From assembly GCA_963665775.2 (NCBI GenBank), contig CAXXTF010000002.1, positions 320,001 through 384,000 of the forward strand: 64,000 nt of DNA, in the 5' to 3' direction. This DNA comes from Dehalococcoidia bacterium (GTDB lineage Bacteria; Chloroflexota; Dehalococcoidia; SM23-28-2; RBG-16-64-32). Under the pieces are notes generated by a model. The model saw nothing but the letters and a program-made list of their open reading frames with translations. It did not search any database and was not told the DNA's origin. This document shows, piece after piece, positions 11,092-21,895 of this stretch (position 1 is its first letter; each line of letters begins with the position of its first letter). The translations under genes were made by a program, and so were the position numbers.

Positions 11092-13401
11092 ATGATTGCA
11101 TTTCGTCCCCCGCGACTTGACTCGATCGGATCAGCCATCGTCGATCTCGGCATACGCCGGCCGCGCTGGGTCATTACCGCGGCGATCGTCATCACTGTAA
11201 TTCTGGCTGCCGCAACAGTCCGGATTGAGATCGACACCGACCCGGAGAACATGCTCCCTAGCGATGATCCGGTGCGCGTCCTGAACGAGAGGATACGTGA
11301 CGACTTCGGCACCAGGAATATGATCGTACTCGGCATTGTGGACGAGGGCGGCGTACTCACGCCCGAGACTATCGGGGCCGCGTCGCCACTAGTCGATGAG
11401 ATTGCCACGCTGAACGGCGTGGTGTCTGAGGAGATCGTCAGCTTCAAGTCGGCCGCTGACGTCCCATCCGGTGAGCTTTCGCAGCAAGATGTCGACGGCA
11501 TTTCCGCCGCGGTCAACGAGAACGCGCTATTCGCGGGACGGGTCATCTCGCCCAACGAACAGGGGCTCGCTATATATGTTCCGCTGGAGAGCAAGGGTGA
11601 CGCCAACGACGTTTCGTCCTCCATCGAGGGCCTCGTAAACAATAGCGACCTGCCAGACACCGCGGAAACCTATCTAGCCGGTCTCCCCCTCGCGGAGGAA
11701 GCATTTGGCCGCGACATGTTCATCCAGATGGGCCTCCTCGCGCCCCTGGCCGGCGGCCTCATCTTTCTGCTAATGCTCTATTTCTTCCGAAGGCTTACGC
11801 TGATTGTTCCGGCCATGGTGGTCGCCATGTTCAGCGTCATCTGGACCATGGGGCTGCTTATCGGCACCGGGTTCACGGTGCATATCATGGCCTCCATGAT
11901 CCCCATCTTCTTGATGCCCATCGCCATCCTCGATAGTGTCCACGTCCTCAGCGAGTTCTTCGATCGCTATCCTCACTACCGGGACAGGCGCGAGACCTTG
12001 CGGGCCGTCTACAAGGAGCTGTTCGTCCCCATCACCTTCACGTCGATCACCACCGCGGTCGCCTTCGCATCTCTCGCCGTAGCGCCCATCCCACCCGTGC
12101 AGGTCTTCGGACTCTTCGTCGCCTTTGGGGTCTTCGCGGCCTGGCTGCTCACCATGCTGTTCATACCAGCCTTCGTGATGCTGCTGGACGAGGAGGGCCT
12201 CAAGCGCGGACTTTCCGGTAAGGTTGAGGGAGGCAGCCGTGTCTTGTCCGGCAGCCTGCGGTCGATTGGTGGCTTCGCAACCAGCAGGTCGCGCTTGATT
12301 CTCCCCGCCTTTATCCTGCTCAGCGTGGTCGCTGTCCCCGGTGTCCTCCAGATAACCGTCAATGACAACCCCGTCCGTTGGTTCAAGTCCGGGAGCGAGA
12401 TTCGTCAGGCCACCGAGGTGCTCACTGAGCACTTTCCCGGGACTTACAATGCGAGCCTCCTCGTCGAGGCTGATCGTCCCGGCACTTTGACTGATCCGGG
12501 CGTGGCGACTTCACTGGCAGAGCTCCAAGACAGGTTGGAGCGAAACGACGTCGTCGGCCTCACGACTTCGTACGTCGACGTGGTCACGACTGAGAGCTAT
12601 TTCGCCGGTGGCCGCGATGAGGCGTCGAGAACTATCCCCGAGGACCAGGCGGGAATAGAGCGATCCTTGGTCTCGGCCGCTGCCTCCCCTAACCTCGCGG
12701 CCGTTAGCAGCTTGATTACCAGTGACTATCGAAGGGCCAATATCCAGATCCTCATGAAGGATGGGGACAACCAAGCGATGCAGCGAGTAGTCGACGACGC
12801 CGAGGCTCACCTCAAACAGCAGCCGCTTGCCGCCGGCGTGAGTGCCGAATGGGCTGGAGAGACCTATCTTAACCTCGTCTGGCAGGACAAGATGGTCTCG
12901 GGTATGCTGACGGCCTTTCTTGGTACCTTTATCGTCGTGCTGGTGCTAATGATTCTTCTCTTCCGCTCGCTCCGTTGGGCACTATTAGCGATGTTACCCA
13001 TGTCAGTCACAATCCTGCTCGTATACGGTACTGTGGGCTTCATCGGTAAGGATTACGATATGCCGTTAGCGGTTCTCTCCACGCTGGTGCTGGGAATCGG
13101 AGTCGACTTCGCTATTCACTTCATTCAGCGGTACCGCGGGCTGCTGGCCGAGACCGGATCGGCCGCTGCCGCCCTGAGCCGGTTCTTCGAGGAGCCAGCA
13201 CGAGCGCTCACCAGGAATGCACTCATCGTCGCCATCGGCTTCGTCCCGCTGGTCTTCGCCTCGCTAGTACCCTACATAGTCGTTGGCGTGCTTCTGGCGT
13301 CGATCATGCTCCTCAGCTGGCTGACAACGCTTATCTTGCTTCCTGCGGTGATCTCGTTGCTCCAGCGTGAGGTGAGCTCAGGCGGGCCAGTCCAAGGGTA
13401 A
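11092..13401 (+). CDS. MMPL/RND-family transporter
   Basis: Two TM bundles with ILDSVHVL and GIGVDFAIH motifs. Confidence 0.92.
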   Translation: MIAFRPPRLDSIGSAIVDLGIRRPRWVITAAIVITVILAAATVRIEIDTDPENMLPSDDPVRVLNERIRDDFGTRNMIVLGIVDEGGVLTPETIGAASPLVDEIATLNGVVSEEIVSFKSAADVPSGELSQQDVDGISAAVNENALFAGRVISPNEQGLAIYVPLESKGDANDVSSSIEGLVNNSDLPDTAETYLAGLPLAEEAFGRDMFIQMGLLAPLAGGLIFLLMLYFFRRLTLIVPAMVVAMFSVIWTMGLLIGTGFTVHIMASMIPIFLMPIAILDSVHVLSEFFDRYPHYRDRRETLRAVYKELFVPITFTSITTAVAFASLAVAPIPPVQVFGLFVAFGVFAAWLLTMLFIPAFVMLLDEEGLKRGLSGKVEGGSRVLSGSLRSIGGFATSRSRLILPAFILLSVVAVPGVLQITVNDNPVRWFKSGSEIRQATEVLTEHFPGTYNASLLVEADRPGTLTDPGVATSLAELQDRLERNDVVGLTTSYVDVVTTESYFAGGRDEASRTIPEDQAGIERSLVSAAASPNLAAVSSLITSDYRRANIQILMKDGDNQAMQRVVDDAEAHLKQQPLAAGVSAEWAGETYLNLVWQDKMVSGMLTAFLGTFIVVLVLMILLFRSLRWALLAMLPMSVTILLVYGTVGFIGKDYDMPLAVLSTLVLGIGVDFAIHFIQRYRGLLAETGSAAAALSRFFEEPARALTRNALIVAIGFVPLVFASLVPYIVVGVLLASIMLLSWLTTLILLPAVISLLQREVSSGGPVQG

Positions 13402-13601
13402 GCATCTGGAATCGCGGCGAGCTCAGTGTGGGGCGCCAAAACACCCTCCGTATCTGCAGCGAGTCAAGCGCTTCGCGCACCCCCCTACTTTACGTAACCA
13501 GTATAGTTGAGAGGGTGCAAAACTAATTCGTATCTGAGGACGCGGATGGTGGATCGGAGGCCAGCTCTCGGGTAGCGTTCGCTACAAGGAGGATCTGGCC
13601 A

Positions 13602-13819
13602 ATGAATATCTACTCTCTTTGCTCATCGGCACCATAGGTAACGCCTTGCGAGCGCGGCAGGACGTCGAACGTGAGAACCTGGCCCTGCGCCATCAGCTCG
13701 CGATCCTGATACGCTCGGCGCGGCGCCCGCGCCTTGAACCGGCGGACCGCCTGCTCTGGTGCTGGCTCTCGCGCCGCTGGTCGCGCTGACGCTCAGCCGT
13801 TGTCGTCGTCCAACCCGAC
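13602..13819 (+). pseudogene. rve-type IS transposase N-terminal remnant interrupted by a related IS
   Basis: ENLALRHQLAIL...RLEPADRLLWCWLSRRWSR*; preceded by 30-bp ends at 13427 and 13508. Confidence 0.75.
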
Positions 13820-14991
13820 TGTAGGGGGCCAATTGTCATCCGTATTTGAAACAGGTCAAGCAGCCAGCCATTCGTACTCGTGATGTAGTCCCCCCAGCAC
13901 CGGCCGGGCAACGATCCGCCCGACCCGCGGCGGGCTAGCCCGTGCAGGTGGCCCGGTAGGAGTCTCAAGATCCAGAGTGCGATGAGGTCGCCCGTTGTTG
14001 TAGTGGACCTCGTACTCCCCCAGCACGGCACGAAGATGCCTCTCATTGATGATGATCAGGTGATCTAGGCACTCTCTGCGGAGTGTGCGTATCACGCGTT
14101 CGGCGATGGCGTTCGCCTTGGGAGCTCGGATCGGGGTGAGAATGACTTTGATACCCAGCCGGGCCGCCCTTGGGTTGAAGCTTTCGCCATAGCAGCAGTC
14201 GCGATCACGGATGAGGTGCTTCGGCTGCTTACCCCAGGGTGTGGCCTCGATGAGCGGTCGCCATACCCACGCGGCATTAGGGTGAGCAGTCACGTTCAGA
14301 TGAACCAACCGGCGCCGGCTATGAGAGATGAAAAGGAACACGTAAAGAGTCTTAAGGGCCAGCGTCTGAACAGTGAAGAAGTCGGCGGCCCAGATAGGGG
14401 GCGCGTGGTTCTTGAGAAAGGTTCGCCAGGACTGAGATGGCGGGCCGCGCCATCTTGATCGGCGGTAGCGCCGCACCGTTCGAGAGCTGATGTCGTAGCC
14501 GAGCTTGCGGAGTTCTCCCACTATGCGGAGGCTGCCCCAGCGGGGATTCTCGCGGGCCAGGCGTCGGATGAGGTCGCGGACCTGCGTCGGAATGCGTGAT
14601 CGGCCCGGAGATCTGTTGGACCGGCACTTCCAGGTCCAATACCGTCGCCAGGCGGTGCGTTGCCAGCGGATGACCGTCTCCGGCTGGACGAGAATCACCG
14701 CCGATTGCCAGCGAGACCAGAGCCTTGAGAGGAACGACCAGAACAGGCGGTCAGCGGGTTCCAGGCGGGTCATACGGTTGGCGGGAAAGGACGGCGAGTT
14801 GCTGTCGGAGGGCAATATTCTCCAGGACGAGGTGTCGCTGAGATCTAAGGGTGGCGCGCAGGGCAGAGCAGAGGAGCAGAGAGTACGTGATCAATGGCAG
14901 GCCTCCGTGGAGAAATATTGCCTCCACGTTGGCCAAATCAGATCAGTGCGTCAACCTCCTCTAGATACGGATGACATTTTGCCCCCCTACA
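13820..14991 (-). mobile_element. Integrase-core (rve, IS3/IS481-related) IS, 1172 bp, transposase ~14894..13856 with one frameshift
   Basis: TG...CA ends with ~30-bp imperfect TIRs; WAADFFTV, LIRDRD, ANAIAER, GGLHHEY motifs. Confidence 0.85.
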
Positions 14992-15089
14992 GTATTGAGC
15001 CCAGCCACCCCCTCACTCTTTCCTAGCGATTCCACTGTGGGCGCGTTCTACCCGAGTAGAGCAGCGCGCCGCTTTCGTATCTGCAATCT

Positions 15090-15112
15090 TGGAGGCGACG
15101 GTGGGAATCGAA
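15090..15112 (-). other. tRNA 3'-end fragment (Cys-like acceptor), putative att remnant
   Basis: Minus strand TTCGATTCCCACCGTCGCCTCCA = T-loop through CCA only. Confidence 0.6.
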
Positions 15113-15158
15113 AGCACGATCTGGGTCTTGCCCTCCCTTAGACTTTGAGATTCTGGCA

Positions 15159-16763
15159 TCATTCTCTCTGGCTAAGATGCCAGCTATCGTCCTCTTCGCT
15201 GTAGACGAACTTACTGTCGAACACCTGAAAAATCTTATCCCGCTGCGGCCGCTCTTTGCTGAAAGCTGAGACCCCTTCAGTATCCTTAGGCGTCGGTAGC
15301 CCCAGGATATCAGTCAAAGTTGGGCCGAAGTCTATATGCTGGTAGTCCACGTCGGACACATAGTTACCGAAGCCAGGAGCGCGGATCACCAACGGCACGT
15401 GCGCGATGAAGTCTGGCAGGGGTGTCTGCGGCCCAGGGACGACGGGCCGCGGTCCGTGGTCGCTTGTAAGGATAATGACGGCCTCATCGTAAATTCCCTC
15501 TCTCTTTAACTTGATCACCAGCTCGCCAACCAAAACGTCAACGTACATCGACTGTTGTCGATATTTCTCCGGCTCATAGTTCTCACCTTCGGGGCAAGGA
15601 CACCCAGTGCTGATGGCCTTCCCTCCTCTGTTGAAGGATAACGGGTGATGAGGCAATAACAGGTGCAACACATGGATGCGCCCTAACGCCTCTCGGCCCT
15701 TGATATCATCTAGAAACACGCTAAATTGTCTCTTGGTGAACGTATGGAACCCCTGGAAATCCGTGGACGGGTACGCCCAGCCCAGGCGATCCAGAAGCCA
15801 ACCCATTGGGCGGCTGATGACTGTCTCCACTGGTTTAGGGATTGCCTGGTAGAAAGATCGTAGAGCCAGGTTGCCCGGGACTTGCAGCTGATAGTTCTCG
15901 GTCAAGTAGCCATAGCCACGACACGTCATAATTTTGCCACAATCGTTGATGTACCCTTGCTCCACAAATCGGAACTGGGTGTAGAGCCTGATGTCAAAAT
16001 GCTCGGCCAGCGATTTGACTGGGTCGATTATGGTTGGGAGGACGTACAGAGTCCAATAGTCGTTGGTGGTAGCATTGGTAAACCAGATCCCGTCCTGTGC
16101 CAGTGCGGCGATGTTAGGGAAGCTCACCGCGTCCAGCTTACGCTCCTCAAGGAGCACGTCATAACCCAACTCGTCGAATACAAGTATGAAAACGGCCGGC
16201 TGAGATTCCGAGCGTGATGCTGTCACCACCTCCTGGCCGTGCGTCTCCGGGAGGCCGCCACCCGCTGTTACCTGAAATGGAATGAGGACCGTCATGGCTA
16301 TCGCCACTGGGAACATATAGGAGAAGAACAAGGCCACGCCTCTGAATAAACCGATCACGAGGCCGACTATAGCTGCAAGGAACGTCAGGTCGACAAGCAC
16401 CAGGAGGGCCAAGCTCGGTGATCTCACAGAATCCCTGAAGTCCTCCGCCGGACCCCAGTAGAGTTGCAACTGGCGCAGGATAAGTAGGAGGGCCATGGCA
16501 AATAGCACAGAGCGGAAGACCCGAAGACGCTTGCCTGAGCGGTCCCGCGCAGCAATGAGGCGATCAGTCGATAAGAGCACGAGAGCAGGCAAGACCTGCA
16601 CCAGAACGATTGTATAGACCACCGCGGTCTTCGGAACTAGCATTGCCTCTGGGATGGGAAAGGCATTCTTTATGAACTCGAGGGATGCGAGGCTTACGGT
16701 GCTGAAGATGATCAGCGCTGCGTACAGCAGCTCTCTATAGCCAGATAGCTCGCTCACTCTCAT
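15159..16763 (-). CDS. Membrane-anchored sulfatase/alkaline-phosphatase superfamily protein
   Basis: N-terminal TMs; VFDELG, HLLLPHHP, TSDHG, HIDFGPT. Confidence 0.85.
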   Translation of the reverse strand: MRVSELSGYRELLYAALIIFSTVSLASLEFIKNAFPIPEAMLVPKTAVVYTIVLVQVLPALVLLSTDRLIAARDRSGKRLRVFRSVLFAMALLLILRQLQLYWGPAEDFRDSVRSPSLALLVLVDLTFLAAIVGLVIGLFRGVALFFSYMFPVAIAMTVLIPFQVTAGGGLPETHGQEVVTASRSESQPAVFILVFDELGYDVLLEERKLDAVSFPNIAALAQDGIWFTNATTNDYWTLYVLPTIIDPVKSLAEHFDIRLYTQFRFVEQGYINDCGKIMTCRGYGYLTENYQLQVPGNLALRSFYQAIPKPVETVISRPMGWLLDRLGWAYPSTDFQGFHTFTKRQFSVFLDDIKGREALGRIHVLHLLLPHHPLSFNRGGKAISTGCPCPEGENYEPEKYRQQSMYVDVLVGELVIKLKREGIYDEAVIILTSDHGPRPVVPGPQTPLPDFIAHVPLVIRAPGFGNYVSDVDYQHIDFGPTLTDILGLPTPKDTEGVSAFSKERPQRDKIFQVFDSKFVYSEEDDSWHLSQRE

Positions 16764-16766
16764 GAG

Positions 16767-18043
16767 CTAACGGTACTTACGGGAAACCAGGTAGAGGATC
16801 CGCTCTGACTTGGGAATGCAAGCCACGTCAGTTATTTCAAAGTGCTCTCTGAGAGCTTCTTCGAAGGCGGCTTGCGCATAGCCGCTGTACACGTCTTGAC
16901 GGGTGCGCAGCAGCGCTTGCACCATCGGGTCACTCTTCGGTACGAATTCCACAACGCCCGCCTCAGCGATAGTGGAGAGCCACTCCACGATTTTACTGAG
17001 GGGAACGTTGCCTCTGATGGCCAGATGATGCACCAGGGCAAGGCAGAGGGCGAAATCGGCGACGCTGCGATCTTCCAGGGCCTGCCTCTCCTTCTGGGCC
17101 CACCCCTGGCCAGGCGAAGGGTTAAGAAAGTCAACTATCAACGGCAGGACATTGGTGTGTTGGTTCCTTATCCTCTCGTATAAGCTGCCAACCGCCGCCT
17201 CGTCGCTGTCCATGGCTACCACGTATTCAGCGCAGCGCGAAGCCATCACGCTATAGCGCCCCACATTGCAACCTAAGTCCCAAACCATTCGTGGCCTCGC
17301 CCTCGCCAGAGTATCCTCTACGAACCGGTCCTTGAATTGAAGCGCTTCCGGCTCATAGTGACACTGCTCCTCGTAGTTCAGCCAGGGAGAGGGAGCCACA
17401 CGTGGCCGTTTCAACCCAGTCACGCTCTTCTTCAATCTATTAGCAAGGCCCGTGATGACACCCTTGGGGATGCGTTGCTCTCGAAGGGACGGCACCTTAA
17501 TGCCGCGTGATGAATATCTCCGACTGAGCCACGCCTGGAGGACGACGTCGATAAAGACGCTCTTTCGCAGTTTGTGTCTCAGCGGCAGGAGTCTACTAAG
17601 GTGGGTTGGTTCAATCCCGTCCAGACAGCTACGCATCCACATCTGAAACGGGACGCCAGTGTAGGACTGGAGAAGTAACGGATTAAGAAACATGCGACAG
17701 AACTGGGAATAGCCGATCCACGGCATCCCCTCCTCGTATCGCTCAAAGGATCCCACGTCGATGAGCTGAGGGTTCGGGCCCACAAACTGGATGTTGTAAG
17801 GCGTTGCGTCCTTAAGGATGAAGTCCTCGTCCAAGGCCACTTGTAGAATTTCCAGGGAGCGGATTGCGGCCGCCCTTAACATCTCGAAGGGCCACTCCTC
17901 ACGAATGAGTCCAGGAGCCCGGTCTCAATCAAGGCCGTAAATTCCGCCGCGTGTTGGAAAGTGAAATAGCGGTATACTCGGCGATCGTCCAGCAAGACCC
18001 CTCCTGCCGGGTCTCGAAAGGAACCTGGGTCCGGATGTACCAT
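16767..18043 (-). pseudogene. NoeA-like SAM methyltransferase with internal deletion/frameshift near 17900
   Basis: 5' MVHPDPGSFRDPAG out of frame with EEWPFEML...LKDATPYNIQF...WDLGCNVG...LALVHHL. Confidence 0.8.
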
Positions 18044-18140
18044 CCGTTTTCAGCTCGCGCCAAGGGCTGGGATGACGTAACCAGGGGTAGAGCTTGGCAG
18101 AAACCGTGCCTTGGCCGAAGCGTGGCTTAGTTCCAGCCGT

Positions 18141-18356
18141 CTAACGGTGCGGGAAGGCCTCTTTCCCCTTCTCTTCACGTGGTTCCTCGCTGGTAGCCAA
18201 TGTCTCTTCGGTCTCTGGCGTGTATCTGCGGAACAGCGAGAAAAAACGCCCCCAGAGAAGCTTGATCGCCACTAGACCACCGACGATACCGCCAAGCAAC
18301 ATTTGGAGGCCCAGGCCCGCAGCCGTTGGATCAATATAGAGGACGTAGTCAGACAA
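18141..18356 (-). CDS. Small membrane protein (YIDP motif) heading the methyltransferase-sulfatase cluster
   Basis: GAGGTGAGG RBS; YIDPTAAG plus one TM. Confidence 0.7.
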   Translation of the reverse strand: MSDYVLYIDPTAAGLGLQMLLGGIVGGLVAIKLLWGRFFSLFRRYTPETEETLATSEEPREEKGKEAFPHR

Positions 18357-18445
18357 TCCTCACCTCGCTGTCAACCTTCATCTATCTACTATGTACAGGA
18401 GAAAGGCGCACTTACTGGACGAAGGATATCCTTATCGCGCCTTAG

Positions 18446-20149
18446 CCCGAATCCACCGAAGGACACGGATGGACGGCGTGAGGACAGCGGAAGGGGGTGG
18501 GTGAGGGAGCTACAGGGGAGATGGCCTGGGGTCTTGGGGTAGATGGGAGGCCGGCGGACGGTCTTCAGTCGCCGCACAGGGCCCCTAAGGCCCTATGCGG
18601 GAGTTGCGATGCGCGGGATGGCGAGAGGATACGCAGCAGGGGACTCTCGCGACCGGGGTGGCGCGAGATTGCGGGGACGTTGGGTCAGTTGCAGGCTGGC
18701 CGTCAGGCCGGGAATGGAATGGCTTGCAGCCGGGCCAAGGCGCGACTGAACTGGGTTTCCCAAGGCCAGCGCCGGGGGAGATGCAAAGTGAGGCGGCGCG
18801 CCGAGCGGGTGATCCGTCCCACCAGAGCGAAGACCCGCCGCCTGAGGGTCTTGGTGGTCACGATCTGCTGACCCAGGCCGATGCGGGCTGTCCAGCGGGC
18901 CAGGTTATGCGCCATCACCTGGCCCGCCAGCCAGGCGCCGTTGGCGGCGAAGCGCCCCGACGGCATGTGGTTCAGCCCGACGCCGTACTTGAGGTCGCGT
19001 ATGGCGTTCTCGACCTCGGCGTGGCGGCGATGATCGGCCTCCAGTTCCAGCGTCTCCCCATCGCGGTCGGTGATGAAGGCGTGATAGCTGTATCTGGCGA
19101 AGAGGGCGAGCTGGGAACCGGGCGTCGGCTTCACCCGCCGGACAATGAGCCGCACCGGCGCGGCGTCCGGCTTGGTCTGGAACGGGGTGTAAGTCGTCTC
19201 GGCGACATCGGCGGCGCCGTCCATCCAGTAGGGAATGGGAGTCCAGTCCTCCTCTGGTATCGCCTCGATCAGGTCCCGCAGGCTGGCGCGCTGGCGGATG
19301 GTGATAGAGAAGCGGACATCCATTTCCCGGCAGGCGGCAACGACAGTGTGGGCGTAGAAGCCGCTGTCGGCCCGCACCGTGAGTTGTCCCCTGGCCCCGC
19401 CGTAGCGCACCCGCCCCACCGTCTCACGCAGGAAGTGGGCGGCGCCACGGGCGGTGTTGGCCCGGCCCTCGCGCAGCCGGGACATCAGCACCTCGCCGGT
19501 GCCGGCGGCAATGGCCAGCAGCGGGTGATAGCCGCGGGCGCCGGTATAGCCGTGGTGGCGCGCTCCCTCCTTGGCCAGTCCATAGGTCTCGCAGATGGTC
19601 GAGTCCAGGTCGATGGTCAGGGGCGAGTCGCCGGGTCCGGCCCCAGCGGCCCAGGCCCGGGCCAACAACTGGCGGCTCACGCGGTCGAGTTGACGGACAT
19701 GCCCCCACCGGAAGCTGCGCAGGAAGGTCCCCAGGGTGGATGGCGCCTTGACCACGCAGCCTAGAACACCGACCGTCCCACCAGCGCGCAGCGCATCGGC
19801 GTCGTCGATGCAGTCGCCGCCTGCCAGCGCGGAAGCGACCAGCGTCAGCATCTTGTCCCCAGTGTTCGCCCGTCCCGGCGCTCCGCCGAGGTCAAGGTGA
19901 TGGTCGACGAGTTCCCGCAGGCCCAGGTGCCGGGCTAGGGTGGCTGGCAGGAGCAGGCCGGCATTGGCCACCAGGCGATGGTCGTCAAAGAGGATGCGGA
20001 TACGGTCGGGTTTGTTCTGTGGCAGCATCTATTGGGTGCTCCTTGTTTCCGGGCTGGTTTCTGTTCCAAAACCATTATCCCAGATTCAGAGGAGCACCCG
20101 ATGGCTTCTTCAAGGACTGTCCCCAAGGCCGTCCTTCGGTGGATTCGGG
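18446..20149 (-). mobile_element. IS1380-family element, transposase 18703..20028
   Basis: Near-identical to 7138..8841, same TIRs and 1704-bp length. Confidence 0.95.
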
Positions 20150-20431
20150 CTAAGCCTAGCCAAACCGTATCAACTCCCCCGCCGAAGATCAAGTATTGTA
20201 TTCGCGTCGGCCCATCCCAAGCCCTCTCGTACACCTTCTGCTACTGCGTCTGGGTAACGCGGAGGCAGGTTGCGTAAAGAAGCTGCCGAAGTAAGAAGTA
20301 AGATGATAACTGACCGCGTTTCGCTCGTCCTCCCCGTATCTGAGCCACAGCGCACAGGGCGAGATGCCTCCTAAGCAGCATCTTTGATCTACGGGCTGCC
20401 GCGACATCCGTGGCTGCCAAACACTATCAGG

Positions 20432-20690
20432 TCATGGTGTCCCGTTCCCGGCAGACGCACTGCCTACAAACTCACTTGACCAGTGAAGTGCGCCGCCCCA
20501 GTCGAAGTCGCTGTCCTCAATAAGCGGCAAGACGTCCCGGTATCTGCGACGTAGCTCGTCCCTATGAGTCCAGCCGTCATCGCGGCCGATGACTTTGAGC
20601 TGCGGGGGCGGCGATCGGCTAAGCGTCTCGTAGAAAAGAAACCTAGCGGCAAAATCGGCGGATGGAAGCGAGTAGCCTATAAAGATCACC
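20432..20690 (-). pseudogene. SIR2-like domain protein C-terminal remnant, clipped by IS6
   Basis: IFIGYSLPSADF motif; 5' end abuts the IS6 IR at 20691. Confidence 0.65.
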
Positions 20691-21069
20691 GGTTCTGTCA
20701 GAACTCAGGGCGCGGGGGTAAGCTTGTCTCAATGTAGGAGAGGAGCTACCGATGAACTGCCCGCATTGCCGATCGACGGCCACCAGCAAACGGAAGTACC
20801 GCACCGCCCTGGGCTACCATAGGTTCTCGTGTAGGTCTTGCCACCATCGATTCAACGAACGTACCCGTACGCCCTACAACGACCTCCAGTTCCCCAGCGA
20901 TGTCGTCCTGTTGGCGGTACTCTGGCGGCTGCGCTACAAGCTCGGGTTCCGCGATGTCGCCGAACTGCTCCTCCAGCGCGGTTATGAGGTCACGCACGAG
21001 ACGGTGCGAGCCTGGGAGTTCCGGTTTGCTCCTCTTCTGGGCGAACGACTGCATGCCCGGCGCCGCGGC
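20691..21069 (+). mobile_element. IS6-family element, 5' third only
   Basis: IR GGTTCTGTCAGAACTCAGGGC; MNCPHC...ARRRG then unrelated sequence. Confidence 0.88.
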
Positions 21070-21541
21070 GCACGACGCGCTCCTTGTTCCCCTTGCCGAT
21101 GACCCGCACGTAGTCGTAGCGGGAGCTGGGGTCAATCTGCATCGATAGAAACTCGGACGCCCTGAGCCCCGTGTCGAACAGCACCATGATGATGGTGTGG
21201 TCCCGCACTCCCATCTTCACCTTGATATCGCAGGAACGCAGTAGCGTTTGGACATCCTCGACAGTCAGCGCAGGTATGATGCGGTTCGGTATCCGAGGCG
21301 AGGGGATGGCTTTGACCGGATTGTCGGGCCGCTCGCCCTGAATCACGAGCCAGCCGAAGAAGCGACGTAGGGAACGATACCGTTGAGCCACGGTGGCGGG
21401 TGCCGGTTTCTTATCGCCAAGCTTGTACTCTTGCAAGAAGTGACGAATATGCTCAGCCGTCACGACTGTGGGGTCATCACCAGGTAGCCCCATCTCTGCC
21501 AAGAACGCCCGGAGCTGGTCAGAGGCCAACCGTTGGACCAC
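21070..21541 (-). pseudogene. Tyrosine recombinase internal fragment
   Basis: TVAQRYRSLRRFFGWL, RDHTIIMVLFDTGLRASE, GKGNKER; HxxR and Tyr region missing. Confidence 0.8.
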
Positions 21542-21614
21542 CTGCTGCTTACTCCGGGAGTCTAGCCATCAATGGCGGGGGCCACGGGGGCGCCAGCCCC
21601 TTACATCTAAGTGA

Positions 21615-21661
21615 TGGAGGGCCCGGTGGGATTCGAACCCACGACTCTCGGATTAAAAGTC
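21615..21661 (-). other. tRNA-Lys(TTT)-like 3' half, putative att core (copy 1)
   Basis: GACTTTTAATCCGAGAGTCGTGGGTTCGAATCCCACCGGGCCCTCCA; no 5' half. Confidence 0.85.
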
Positions 21662-21669
21662 ACGCTCTC

Positions 21670-21895
21670 GGGGCCTCATTGCTAAGGCCTCAAATTCGAA
21701 AACTGGGGTGAGACTGGGGTAAGAACAGGGTGAAATCGGGACCTCGCTGAGGGGCCCAATTGCTAATAGGCTGGATTCAAAACTGTGGTAAGCCTGCCGT
21801 GAATCTTCGGTGGATTTACGTGAGCGATCGCCTCCGCCGCGAGGGCCTTAATTGCTAAGGTAATTGTTAAGGCGCTAGATTCAGAATCTTCAGGC
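21670..21895. repeat. Blocks of ATTGCTAA box plus 11-bp phased repeats between integrase and att
   Basis: ATTGCTAA x3 plus ATTGTTAA; GGGGTGAGACT/GGGGTAAGAAC/AGGGTGAAATC; conserved at 39255..39500. Confidence 0.75.

Noticed and set aside
20165-20190. tmRNA/tRNA 3' fragment (TCAACTCCCCCGCC)
   Set aside because: Too short; lacks GGTTC and CCA
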